64,000 bases of DNA from Eledone cirrhosa. Lineage: Eukaryota. The position numbers and the translations under genes were made by a program. Under the pieces are notes generated by a model, which was not told the DNA's origin, did no database searches, and worked only from the letters and a program-made list of their open reading frames with translations. The stretch spans positions 283,216,001 to 283,280,000 of the forward strand of contig OZ024743.1 of NCBI GenBank assembly GCA_964016885.1, read 5' to 3'. Shown in pieces: positions 25,650 to 38,990 of the stretch. The number at the start of each line of letters is the position of its first letter. The stretch's first letter is position 1.

Positions 25650-25810
25650 AAATAACATAGTATAATCCACCATACTCCATGGGTCTGCAGACCAGCCTGG
25701 CCCGCTCATTCTTTAGGGCACTGGATAAATGCTTCCTGAGGATCCACAGGTGCCATAACATTTTTAATAGGCACACGGTGAAGCCCTTGTATTCCACCAT
25801 GCACAGTGCT
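25650..25810 (+). pseudogene. Hydra-type PLE linker fragment
   Basis: YNPPYSMGLQTSLARSFFRALDKCF..HNIFNRHTVK matches WFAPPPPFSLNIKT..FFNALDNRF..SIFNRHTIK of the 27490 ORF. Confidence 0.65.
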
Positions 25811-26073
25811 TTGAGAAAACAACACCACACTTCAGCACTGAGCATATAAAAAAAAATTGAAATAACAGAGCTAAACTTTAATCCATCATTATATTTTTCT
25901 GTTTTTTCTGTTTAAATTCTAACTGTTGCATAATGGTTATCACCAAAATATATATAACAGCGAATATGAATAAACGAAGTTAATTTTAACCTGTTGACTT
26001 ACACTTCTTGTTTATATATATATATATATATACGATATTAAATAAATGGAAACTATATTTATAAAACCATATC

Positions 26074-26139
26074 TATTTCATTATATATATTTCAGGGATA
26101 TCATATTAAAAATATGTTATGCCTTCTTCAGACAAAATA
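26074..26139 (-). ncRNA. Type I hammerhead ribozyme, sense pLTR
   Basis: Exact mirror of 29034-29099. Confidence 0.7.
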
Positions 26140-26408
26140 CAATATAAACAGTCTTATAAATAGATAGATTTGACATACCTTTCAACTTCAACTTCGATTT
26201 AAAAAGTTGATTTGGTAGTGAAAAATATTAGGGACAGTTATAAAAAGAAAGAAAGAAAAAACGAAGAAAAAGAAGAAATGCATGCAACTAAATAGAGAGA
26301 GATATATATAGAGAGAGAGATATAGAGAGATAGATAGAGAGAAGAAATTCATGTAAAGAAACAGAGAGAGATATATATAGAGAGGAAAAAACACAGAGGG
26401 AGATAGAT

Positions 26409-26440
<32 letters not shown>

Positions 26441-27489
26441 AAATATAGAGAGATAGATATAGATAGAGATAGAGAGAAAGAAAATAGGTAGTTGGGCACC
26501 AGTTGAATGACGTATCAATGATACATTTATTTATTTATTTATTTATTTAGCTCTAGTATTAATGTAGAGAGAGATATATGTGGTTAGGAGAGAAAACAGC
26601 CGTTACATAGAGAGAAAAGAAAAATATCCAGACATAAACGAGGCAGATTTAAAACATTATGTTTCATCAATGTAAAAATATCAATTCGTATAAATCAGGC
26701 ATTATATTGTAAATATCAGTATTCATGAATGAGACACGTATCAATAATGTGTGAAAAATAATGATCATATGTCTAGTTTAAAATTCCTAGGTTTATATCA
26801 GAGTTGAGATAAAATAGAAGGTTATCCCAGATTCAATACTATAGACATCCATGTGAATTTACGTGATCAACTCTGCAAATTCCTATTTCACACGAAAACA
26901 TTCTCATTGTGCTATAAAAATTCTAGTATACATATATGTGTACATACACACAAATATATATAGAGTCTACATTAATTTTAACAATACTATTCTTGTCTTT
27001 ACTCTACATGATTATCGTTCAAGCATAAATAGAGAACAGATATAAATATATCAATAAAAATATCAGAAATAAAAAAATAAAAAAACAAAAAAACAAAAAA
27101 ATATTAAAAATAAAAATATTAAAAATATTAAAAATAAAAATAAAACATAGTATGCCCCGCAAATCATCCACAGAGATCAACCCATCAAAGTTAATTGACA
27201 ATATATTGCCAAGTTCGTTATAAGCATCAGAATCAACAGCAAACAAAACCAAAATTATTTACCAAATCCTGTCTAGCAGAAATCATTCCAAAAGTTTAGG
27301 ATACCCATTTGATCTACAGATGGTCTTATATTTAATATAGAAGTTTATCTAGTGTAAAATTTATTCGATATATTTGGAGCATCAGCTTTTAGGGTAGTTT
27401 AATTATTCACGAAGAATGTTTAAAATAAAAAAGAAATCGAAAGATTTATCGGCGAGTTTCATAAATAATTATAAATCAAATTAAATATA

Positions 27490-28785
27490 CTACATTTTAA
27501 ATTTATATTTATATTTAAAAGTTGAGTTCAATCTATGTCTGTAGCAACTGAATAAATTTGTCCGTAAATTAAGGGAATTTTTAGATTTTAGTATAAAGAA
27601 TATCTCCTCCGCGCAGAGGTCACATGTCTCAGAGGATGAATTAAAAGGAATCCCTCTTGAGACTATATTCCAAGCCGTCGAATATCCAACGTTATCATGC
27701 CTAAGTTGCCAGAGTAAGCCTGATAGTGATGTTGAAGATTTTTTGCTTGGATCTGTGAAAGAATTCTTGTGGTTATTATAGCGAAGTTTAAATTCCGTTT
27801 TAACATTACAGTTGTATATTATATTTTTAACTAAGCAATTGTTATTTAACGGACATTTAGATCTATCTCTACAGTTACATTTGTTTACTTGGATATTATT
27901 TATGCTATTATCGGTATTTTGGCTAGGTTTTAAATTCCTATTATTTATTCTATTAATATTTTGTGCTAAATTTTTGGTGGATGAGTAGGTTAATTTTATA
28001 GTATGTCTATTGAAAATTGAGTGATACCTATGTGTTCTAGGGAAGCGATTATCAAGAGCATTAAAAAATAGTTTAGCGATGTGGGTTTTAATGTTTAGTG
28101 AGAAAGGGGGGGGGGGGGCAAACCATATTATATTCCTAGTTCTATTTCTTTTTTGGCTTTTGGAATTATTGTAATGCTTTCTATTATAGTTGTTAAAGTT
28201 GTTGCCGTAATTAAAATTGTTGTTATTTTGGTTAGTTTGTCTATTATTATCTATGTACATAATTTTATCACTATATCCTGCTCTAGCTAACGCTTCATTG
28301 TAATACTGGGCTTTTTCGTCGAAAATCTTTTTATTAGATGAGATTCTAGAGATACGTTTTTGAACAGAGTTTACTATAGTATTTTTAACAGATCTGGGGT
28401 GGTTAGAGTTAAAGCTGACATAGTTTAAGTTTTCATTCAACTTGTGAAATGGATAGTGAAGACATGTGTTGAGATTTAATGTTACATCTAGGAAATTGAT
28501 TATTCTATGGTTATTCTCAATTTCTATTTTTAGATTAAAGTAATTAAAAAATTGTGTAATTTGTTTACATTTTCTATTTAGTTCAGAGTTATTATTTTCA
28601 ATAAGTAAAAGCATGTCATCTCTATATAAACCTCCGGTAGCACCGGGTATTTTCCTATGCAGCGAATTGATTAAAAATAGGCCCACGAGGTCAGTTACCT
28701 GAGCTGAGTCGGATGATCCCATAGTAATGTCGAAATTGTTATCTCTATCTGCTCTGGTCCATAGTTGGTCATTAAATTCTATCAA
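27490..28785 (-). pseudogene. PLE ORF remnant: RT C-half + CxC linker + GIY-YIG endonuclease
   Basis: FDITMGSSDSAQVTDLVG, GLYRDD, NFLDVTL, SNHP, CNCRDRSKCPLNNNC, FKLRYNNH and CDLCAEE. The N-terminus is cut by the inverted pLTR. Confidence 0.88.
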
Positions 28786-29033
28786 TGTTTTCCTATATAT
28801 CTCTCTCTGTTTCTTTACATGAATTTCTTCTCTCTATCTATCTCTCTATATCTATCTCTCTATATATATATCTCTCTCTATTTAGTTGCATGCATTTCTT
28901 CTTTTTCTTCGTTTTTTCTTTCTTTCTTTTTATAACTGTCCCTAATATTTTTCACTACCAAATCAACTTTTTAAATCGAAGTTGAAGTTGAAAGGTATGT
29001 CAAATCTATCTATTTATAAGACTGTTTATATTG

Positions 29034-29099
29034 TATTTTGTCTGAAGAAGGCATAACATATTTTTAATATGATATCCCTGAAATATATATAATGAAATA
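29034..29099 (+). ncRNA. Type I hammerhead ribozyme, inverted pLTR
   Basis: UAUUUUGU-CUGAAGA-AGG..CAUAU(UUUUA)AUAUG..CCU-GAAA-UAUAUA-UA-AUGAAAUA: 8-bp stem I with two G-U pairs and palindromic (AU)4 stem III. Confidence 0.7.
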
Positions 29100-30714
29100 G
29101 ATATGGTTTTATAAATATAGTTTCCATTTATTTAATATCGTAAATATACTCCAAATACTTGTTGAGTGCTTTTATATCAGTTATAAATATTTACTCGTTG
29201 TAACCCAACAATTTAAATAAAACTTTGCATATATATATATATATATATATTTGTTTAAATTTGGTGGTTTACCACTGGGTAGAATTGGTCATTCTGCAAT
29301 GTTAATCATGACGTAATATGAGAAAAACATTCGACATTGGTATACATCTATTATGCAATTTACACCTGAAGATGTCACCGACATAGTGCTTGTAGAAATA
29401 AATAATTAAGGAAATTCAACATATTTGGCCTCCTGTCATTTCACTTTATTATATATATATATTCTTCTACCAACTTATAGCAAGCAGTTAAATAAAATAT
29501 CTATTTAATCTACTTACTCTTCTATCTAGCTCATTCTGTAGATGTTTTTAAATTTAATCACAAAATTTAATCAGTATTTTACTTCAAAACAACAATTTAG
29601 TAATCAATCAAATTATATTAATACATCATAGTAGAAAAATGAAGTTAATACATAAAGTAAAATATTAACTAAATGCTATATAGTTTCTATAGTAATGTTT
29701 GAGCTAATATACTTAATACAGTGATGCAAATAGATATCTAATCAATCCTCATAGTGAGAAAAAAAAATATTAGCACCAATGACAAATCCTGTCAAGAAGG
29801 TAAAGAAGAGAACTCCAAAATTTGAAATGGTTTAGATAAGCCACAAAAGAACATTATATTATCTATTTTATTGCATTATACTTTTTACTTCAAATATTAC
29901 TGGAGCCTGAAATATTTTTTATTTCAACAGAGTTTCTTTACTGATAAGTCTAGAAGCTTGTATGGCACTGTAACAACTGATAGTCTCCCATTGGGCATGA
30001 CAGACCATGTGTTTATACATGGAAAGACCTTCTCCAAGGTGCAGGTCTTGGTAAGGTTTTTCTGTGAAAGACCAGCAATTATTCATGCATGCAAGTCTCT
30101 CTTCTCCACGTTATCATGGGAAAGGCAAATACTGATACAACTTAAATCTATTGATGTCGCTGGTGAACTCAGAATGCAAAGGACCAAAGGAAATATCACA
30201 AGGAATTATGTCTAACACTTTAACAATTCCACCAACCGACTACTCTGGAATAATAGTTTATTTATCAACACTGAAAGGATGAAAGGCGAAGTCAACCTTG
30301 GTAGGATTTGAATCAGATCACCATCATCATCACCATTATATGACTTGCATGGGTTAGATGGGTTGTCATACTCTGAGGCTAGACAGGCAGGTTAGACAAC
30401 TATGCCTTGCTCATAACTTCCATTTTTGCATGGTTTTTATGGCTGCATGCCCTTCCTAATGCCAACCACTTCCTGGTGTGTACTGGGTTCGTTTTCCCAT
30501 GGCACCACCACTACCATCTGACCAATGCCACAAAGCATTTTAACCCAATGCTCAAATAACTCTATTAATTCACGGCATATACTATAACTACGTATCACAT
30601 AATCTACAGCAACAAACATTGGAATTCATATGATCTAGGACAAGCATAGTGTGAAGGAATTGTACAAAAATATATTTGAATTATACATGGATATAAACAG
30701 AGACATTATAAGAG

Positions 30715-30975
30715 GAGAGCATTTAAACTTGTCAGCATGTGGTTAGAATGCCTTAGGAAAGAATCGCTGGACAGATTTTATGGGCAGGAGACCCTGAGCA
30801 AGATGGGTGGATAACATCCATGGGCTCGGTTGGTCTCGCTTGGAGATCCTATCAGATGGTTGCTTCTGATAGAACCAGCTGGAAGGAGTGTTTGAGGTCT
30901 CTGCCCCACAACTCTCTCAGGAATAAGTGGGCAGAGAAGAAGAAGAAGAAGAAGAAGAAGAAGAAGAAGAAGAAG
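30715..30975 (+). mobile_element. 3' fragment of a second RTE-like LINE family with (GAA)n tail
   Basis: HVVRMP.ERI..QIL. Homologous to 45180-45530. Confidence 0.6.
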
Positions 30976-32662
30976 CTTTAGTCTAGTTGGAGACAATTTT
31001 CTGTTGTGTCAATGGCATGATAAAATATACCTAGTTTATGTTGTAAAGTGGTTGATGATAAGAAAGGCAGCCAGTCGTAAAAACCTTGCAAAAAATAAAA
31101 AAGCTACAACTATAGCAAAAGCTGACCAGTTTTCTCTGTTGTTGTGTGTGCCAGATGAGGAACTGTGGGTCTGTCTCGGGATTTGAAGCAACCCAGGGAA
31201 AATACGTTATATGAAAAGAATATGAGTGAAATTCCACCACTGCAGTAGCAGCAATAAGAATTTAAAATCTTTTTTATACCAGCCTGACCTAAGCTGCCTC
31301 TGGTTCTCTGAAACAAAACCATCCAATTTAAAGGGTTTCTATTTAAATTAAAACCTTGTAACGTAATTTCATTAAAAAAAAAAAAAATTATGTTACAAAT
31401 ACCATCGTAATAATGGTAATTAATCATTTTAGTAAATCCCTCTCAATTCTTTATTAATTAATTGAAATGCAATGTATATTAGAAGCATGGTAATAAAAGG
31501 CGTAAAGCCATTTTTCCTGGTAAAGCAAGGGTTAACCTTGCAAGTCCCCTGAAAGGTTTCATACTCATTTTAAGGTCTTTTTTAAAGGACAATTTTATGA
31601 CCAGATGCCCTTCCAGATGCCAAACCATTTTAGTTGCTTCTTATGACAGGCAGAGATACAGTGTAACTATTGTAAACTAGACAGATAGATACACACAGAA
31701 ATTCTACTAGAGCTCTTATCTAATATGTTGCTATGCGAGCCAGATAATGAAGAACTGTAGACGAGAAGTAGAGAGAAAGAGACTGCATGATCCATCCTAG
31801 GATTTGTGGCAGCCCAAAGAAAAAGGTTTTACACCAGAAGAATGCAAGTGAAATTCTATTAGTGCTCTTATTTAATATGTGTGTCTCCTAGAATGTCTCA
31901 GTGCTGATTAACTAAGATAATAACTAAAATAATTTAAGTTTCAACAAAGAGATTTCTTTATTGAAAAGACCTTCTATATCTCTTCTTTGTAATGATCTAA
32001 AGAAATGACTCATAAATCATGTTTCTCGGAAAAGACACACACATACATACAAATATACAAACATACATACAAATACACATGCATACATACAAATACACAC
32101 ACACATAAAAATACAAATGCACATACAAACACACATACGTACATACACACATACAAACACACAAACACGCACACATATGCAAACACATTCAGACAGAATG
32201 ATAAACAGACTGAAAACACACACACATATATAGACATACACACAAAAAAAAGAAAATATCCCAACTAAGCCAAACAAAAAGACAAAAGCAGAGACAAACA
32301 GACATAACATATAACTGTAGAGGTAGAAAACAGACAGACATAGACGAACACAAATGCAAGCAAACAAAAGCAACATAGTCTCTATACAATATTTAACGTT
32401 ATTAGACTCACTCTCTTTCCCTTTCATTACTTCCAAAGACTTTCTCTTTCTCTAAATTATCTTGTTTACTCACTTTCAGTTCCTTCATCTTAATCATCAT
32501 TTTCATTATATCTCTGATGTCTTTGTATTAAAAAACATTAGGAAAGAAAAAAAGATAAGAAAATGAAAAAAAAAAAAAAATAATAATATATGTAAAAATA
32601 AAATGAAAATAAATCAAATAAAAAAGCAAAAACCCAAAATAAATTATGATATGTATATATAT

Positions 32663-32713
<51 letters not shown>

Positions 32714-33444
32714 TGTATGTATCACCATCATCCTTTTCATGTGTGCTTGCCCTGCTATATATATAAATATATGTTGTTGTTGTTGTTGCACTACTGTGCG
32801 CATCCCTAACATGGTTAGTGTTATTACTGTTTATGCAGTTATTGCTATTCTTGTATGTTGTGTTCATAATTTTTGGCATTAATATACTGGTTGGATGCCC
32901 TTCCTATCACCAGCACCACTTTACAGCATGGACTGGATGCCTTTATTTGTGCCACCAGCACGAGAGGTTGTTTTACTGGACTCAGGGGCCCTCTCCACCC
33001 CATACTTTGGCATGGTTTTTAATGACTGAATGGCACTTCCATTTCCTGTATTTTACAGCATGGACTGGGTACTTTTAATCGTGCCACCAGCACTAGGGAA
33101 GTCATCTTACTGGACTTAGGGACTTCTCCACCCCACACCAATTTATTTGGAGTGGTAGTTCTCCTAGACGGGTTGCCTACACTACAGCTTATGAAGCCCC
33201 CGTCCGCCCTGTGACTGCTCTGATCGGTCTTGAGCCACTATTCAACTATACTGAGATACTCTTAGTGAGTCTACATTTATCATATGGAGGGAGGGAGTAG
33301 CTGGGGAGGAGAAAGCGATGAAGAGGTTTTGAGGGAGTGGGTTTAAGATGCTATATGCACAAGGAAGTGGCTAGCATATAGCATCAGGCATGCATACCGG
33401 AAGATGGTGTAAGTGGGGTGGGAAATGGTGACTGTATAGCATTT

Positions 33445-33918
33445 TAGAGATTTCTTAAAACGACCTTTACAATATATATATTTACGTATTTATGTATATA
33501 TATATATATACATCTATGAAACATTTATATATATATTGACACACACTTAACACACATGTACATCTGACACATCATCATCATCATCATATATATATATATA
33601 TACATGTGTATATGATGATGATATATATATATATAAACATTTTAATATCTACGAAATTGAAATTAAAGACTTATCAGTATGCTGTCAGAACTCAACTGGC
33701 CCAGAGAGAGAGAACACTCAAAAACCATTTCTCAGGTCTCAGTGCTCTCAATACATGCATACAAACATGCATACCATTACAGAGATTTCTTAACACAACC
33801 TTTACAAACCCTACATAAATATATATATATCTATAAATCTCTCTCTCTCTACACACACATATATATATATAAACATTTACATATATATAGACACACACTT
33901 AACACACATGTACATCTG

Positions 33919-33949
<31 letters not shown>

Positions 33950-33995
33950 AACATTTCAAAAATCTATGAAATTGAAATTAAAGACTTATCTGTAT
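33445..33995. repeat. Imperfect tandem duplication, period about 320-335 bp
   Basis: AGAGATTTCTTAA..ACCTTTACAA at about 33445 and 33781. AATCTA.GAAATTGAAATTAAAGACTTATC at about 33645 and 33961. Confidence 0.7.
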
Positions 33996-34119
33996 GATGT
34001 CACAACACAAGAGGTTTAGTGGGATAGCAAGCAAACTAACAGGAAGGGAAAACTTCATATGTACTAGTTGTTCAGGGAAATTTGATAGTAGAAGTGTCAG
34101 TGATAGGCACATTTTTCAA

Positions 34120-34756
34120 ATGCAGGTAGGATAGAGGTGGTTGATAGTTTCCGATACCTAGGTTATCAGATTACCAAGGGAGGAGATACTCCGAGGCTAT
34201 AGTATCTAGAATAAGGACAGGATGGAAGAAGTTTAGGGAGCTGCTTCCTCTGCTGACAAAGAAGGGTTTCTCCCTACGAACGAAAGGTCGGTTATATGAT
34301 GTCTGTGTGAGATGCGCAATGCTGCATGGTAGTGAGACATGGGCAGCAACTGTGGAGGATATGCGATGGCTGGAGAGAAATGAAGCAGGCATGCTCCGAT
34401 GGATGTGCAATGTCAATGTGTGTGAATGACCAAGCATAGACGAGTTGAGAGTGAAACTGCGTATAAGAGGAATAAACTGTAGTGTGCAGGAAAGAAGACT
34501 GTGTTGGTATGGTCATGTGATGCACATGGAAGATGACCGCTGGGTGAAGAAGTGTTTAGAAATCCTGGTGGAAGGAAGATGCAGAAGAGGAAGACCACAA
34601 AAATCATGGGCAGGGTGGTGAGAGTTGACCTCAGATCGCTGAAGCTTACAGAGGAGATGACGAGAGACCATGACAAATGGAGGGATGCAGTGCTGAAGAG
34701 GCCCCATGCCACCCTTGCAAGCAGGGAAAAGTGTATGTAAAATGATGATGATGATG
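34120..34756 (+). mobile_element. Older RTE LINE 3' fragment with short 3'UTR
   Basis: FRYLG..GWKKFRELLPLL..AMLHGSETW..WYGHV, then a (GAT)n tail directly after the ORF end. Confidence 0.85.
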
Positions 34757-35269
34757 TGTGTATGTCTATATATATATATATATCTTATAAGCTGAAAATT
34801 TTGCTAACTGCTACTCCGAGTTTCTCATTTCCAATCTTCAAATTTCTAATGTAGAGGAATAGTGAAAACAAATTAATATGTTAAGATTTGAAATTTTACA
34901 TTACTCAAGTTTCATGCCAGCTAAAACTGATTTTTAGATAAACAATTTCTTTTTTTTAAGAATCTCCAATGGGTGTTTTTTTTTTAGTCACATGGTGCTT
35001 GTTGTCGTCGTCATCATTGTTGAGTAGTAGAATGGTATGTAATCAAGAGTATTATTATTAATTGGCAGTATTGGCGGAACGTCAAACACCCTGCTTCATG
35101 TCATAGAGTTACGGCCCTTTACGTTTGAGTTCAAATCCTGCCGAGGTTAGCTTTGCCTTTTAGCCTTACGGGGTCGATAAAATAAAGTACCAGTCACGCA
35201 CTGGGGTCGACTTAATCAACATTGACCTCCCCCAAAATTGTTGGCCTGTATAAGAAACCATTATTATTG

Positions 35270-36070
35270 TTGTGTTATTTCGTTTAGCTCAGTTCTGTTT
35301 CTCTATTACTGGGTTCTGGCCTTGAACCTAGGGCAATACATGTTTTCATTGAAGAGAGAGAACTCATCTGAGAATCTGTGCTGTTCATAGTAGCATGATC
35401 TTCTGTAGCTCATATTTGCTGACCTTGCAGAGAAGGACGCTAAAGTTCAGGTCTGAGAATTTGGGTATTAATCCTAATGCTCCTATTACCACAGGGATAG
35501 CGTGTGTGGTCTTCCCCCACATACGGTTAATCTCTATTTCCAGGTCTTTGTATTTTGACAGTTTTTTTCCATTGTTTTTATAGATGTATTCTTGTTAGCT
35601 GGTACGGAAATATCTATAGGGCTACATGTCCAATCTGTTTTGTTTTTTATGATGATATCTGGTCTGTTGGCAATGATTTCTTGGTCATTTATCGCAGGCA
35701 TATCCCACAAGATGAATATGTTGCCCTTTTCCATGACTGTTTTTGGTTGATGTTCATACCATTTGTTAGAGGTTTGGATGTCATGAGAGTGGCAGAGCAT
35801 CCAGTGTACATATTTGGCAATCCAGTTGTGTCTTTCTATATAGTCAGTTTTTGCCAGCTCTGGACACCCGGAGATAACATGATCTACCGTTTCTTCAAGT
35901 TTGTAGCATATTCTTCATAGAGGGTTAGTCCCATCTTCCACTATTCTGTGTCTATAGACCCAAGTGTTTAGAGATTGGTCTTGTGCAGCAACTAAGAGTC
36001 CCTTAGTTACTGCTTTCAAACCAGCACTTCTGAGCCAGTGAGCCATGCTGATTGATATCGTTGTCAGAAT
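35270..36070 (-). mobile_element. R4/Dong-like non-LTR (restriction-like endonuclease) 3' fragment
   Basis: WLRSAGLK..AAQDQSL, DHVISGCPELA..ERHN zinc-knuckle remnant and ILWD..ANRPDIII..IDISVP. Confidence 0.7.
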
Positions 36071-36199
36071 GTCATTCTGATTATTATTATTAAGGGGTCA
36101 ATTAAATAAAGCACCAATAATGCACTCGGGTAATTTCTGGCCTTGTGCCAAAAGTAGAAACATTATTATTATTGTTGTTGTTGTTTTCTCATAACTGAA

Positions 36200-37006
36200 T
36201 CATTGTTTATTATATTTTTTTGTTACAAAGATAACATCAGAATAGGGAGCATCTACGTCAAGAACCACTTCTTTTTCTTCATTTTCTTCAACACTGGAGA
36301 AATCTTCGTCACTAATGTCAGGAGGTTCTCCAAAGACAGGTACTGGAATTTCATCACAATGAGCAACAGGACGACGTGCTGATTCAAGATCAGGATACTT
36401 GAGGCTGCTCCGGTTCTTTCTATTGATCCCAGTCAAATCAGTAGCGCAGAAGTAGCAGTCAATACCGTGGTTTGTCAGCTCCTTCCAAACCATGGGAATT
36501 CCAAACTTCAGACAACTCTTCTTGCCCTTGGTCCAACGACGCAGATACTCAGTGCATGTCTTGCATACCATGTGTGGTGCCCAAGCTTTATCCTGGTCAC
36601 CAAGTTTCATACCAAAATAAGCATGGTAAGCACACATTATGAAACTTATGACTGGATTCCTGTTAGGAACAACAGTACATTCGCTGCAGGTGTAGCAGAA
36701 TACATTGGGCTTATTTTTTTAAAGATCTTCTGGTCGAATCCATTTTATTCACCTGCAAAAGAAAAATACCAGTTAGTCAAAAATTGGCACATGTAAACTA
36801 TTCAGAATGTGTTTATTTAAAGAAATAAGAAAGAATTTTGCATCATATAAATAGAAAATACCCATACATGTAAAAAAACATCATGTGGTGATATATCAAA
36901 AAGTTGACCTGATTGAGCAAAACCAATGTGATTTTTGGATTCCGCAGATCAAAATTGTCCTAAATCAGCTAAAAAATTTAGACAATAAATTTGGTGTTTG
37001 CCAGTG
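36200..37006 (-). mobile_element. Truncated cut-and-paste DNA transposon, Cys-rich transposase N-terminus (TcMar-m44-like, tentative)
   Basis: FCYTC..YFGMKLGDQDKAWAPHMVCKTC..PMVW..NH..DCYFC. ATG at 36743 with a frameshift in an A-run. Terminus CACTGG at 37006. Confidence 0.65.
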
Positions 37007-38699
37007 TTATTATTATTAAAAATATGTAAATAAATTCAAACAGGTGCCAAGACTAATTTTGTAAAAAGAATAAAATCATTAATAACATTAAATAAATATA
37101 TAAATAAAAAATAAATAAATAAAAAACTGTAACAAAAAACAAACAAAAATATTCTCTCTCAAAATGTTGAATTCTTTTCCTATTTATGTATTGCCTCAAT
37201 TTAGTCTCTACAATTCACCAGGGACACCAAACTGCACTAATTCCACCCATTTGGGTGTAACCAGATTTCTGCTGAAGAAAAGGCTGAATACAAGTGATTC
37301 CATAACTTAATGAATACTATCAAGGAAGCTAGATATACTATATATGTTGGTGTACACCTCAAGTAAGATGGCAGATTAGAAAATTAGGTGTAGTGAAAAT
37401 ATTAATGCTAGAACCAAGGGGTAAAATAAAAACAAAAATTAATTCGAATCAATGGAGAAAGGCATAGCTATGTGATTAAGTAAGACATCTGCTTCAAATC
37501 CACAAGGTTCTGAGTTCGATTCCACTGTGTGAAAACTTGGCAAAGTGTCTTCTACTATAGAATCAGGTTACAGCCCTTTATGTTCTGAGTTCAAATCCTG
37601 CCAAGGTTAGCTTTGCCTCTCATCCTTATGGAGCGAATAAAATAAAGCACCAGTAATTACTGTTGTCGATTTACTTGACTCCTCCTCCTCTTCAAATTGC
37701 TGGCCTTGTGCTTAAAATAGAAATAATTATTACTATCATTTGTTTATTTATTTATTTTCCAAACAACAGAAGGCAAAATAGATCTCGACGGGATTTGAAC
37801 TCAGAGTGCAGTTAGATGAGTTGTTCTGTTGTGAGCAATGCCAGGTCAGATGACCATGTCTTGCTCATACAGAACCAATTTTGGCTTGGTTTCTACAGCT
37901 GGATGCCCTTCCTAGAGCCAACCTCATTTACAGTGAGTATTGGGTGCTTTTTGTCGTGACACCTACACGCTCACCTTACAGTGTGGGCAGGGCACTATTT
38001 TGCTGTGTTGCAGTCACAACCACTTTACAGTGTGAGCTGGAGGCTTCACTGGATGTGTGCTTCAGCCCATGGGAGATGTATGGGAGTGGGTGGGGTGGAG
38101 TTAGGTGGGTGGTTGCATAAGAAAATAACTATTACTACAGTCAATTGCAATAAAATAATAGCTCAGAAAATAAGTTAAAATACTTCTATTAATAGCAACT
38201 GTTAGGAAGAATTGAACTCTGTGAGAAGTATTTTACCTGATTTTCTAAGTAAATTATTTAAAGCAATCAACTGAGGTTACAGTTATTTTCTGAATTTGTG
38301 ATTTTTACATTTTCTAAGAATAAATCTTGTAATAATAGTCCTGCATGCTAATCATTTATCTAATATGAATGACAAGGCAAAAATATCTTTTGTATGACAA
38401 GGCAATATCAATGACAACAAAATCTGTTTCATATCTGATATTGAATCATTCCTGTCTTTGATATCACAGTTGAATAGAATCTCCAGTTTAGTAGATGTAT
38501 CATGGGGTGGGGAAGGGGCATGGCCTAAAAGTAATAGTTTTCTCTCCTACCCCACCTCCATAAAATGGAATTGAGTTACAAAAAGAATTTTTTCATAAAT
38601 TTATTCTTGTCAGGATCATGGTGTTATTAAATACTGAAAGTTATATATCTAGCAGTGATTCCTTGAAATATTAAATTTGGATTGCATCATATTATTTAT

Positions 38700-38990
38700 G
38701 ACATCAATGAGTTGAGAGAAAAACTGAACATTAGAGGGATTGGGTGCAGTGTGCAGGAGAGGAGACTGCAATGGTATGGACTTGTAATGCATATAGAGGA
38801 TGACAGCTGCATAAAGAAATGCAGAGTGCTCAAAGTCGAAGGAACCTTGGGAAGGGGAAGATGTGTAATAAGGTGGTGAAAGCTTACCTCATGCAACTGA
38901 ACCTTACAAGAGGGATGACCCAGGATTGAGAAAACTGGTGGGATTCTATAATACAGGGGACTCACTTTCCCATGCAAGTGGGATGAAACG
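38700..38990 (+). mobile_element. RTE LINE 3' fragment
   Basis: INELREKLNIRGI..ERRLQWYG..DSCIKKCR. Confidence 0.75.

Larger units (their letters stand above)
26031..29228 (-). mobile_element. 5'-truncated Penelope-like element (Hydra-clade-like) with inverted pseudo-LTR, in (TA)n
   Basis: Inverted arms 26031-~26390 and 28786-29142 enclose an RT/GIY-YIG ORF. Confidence 0.88.

Noticed and set aside
29360-29415. Further CTGA.GA..GAAA motifs (also about 19013-19055 and 42808-42850)
   Set aside because: Stems I/III or the core cannot be completed; at most decayed relics.
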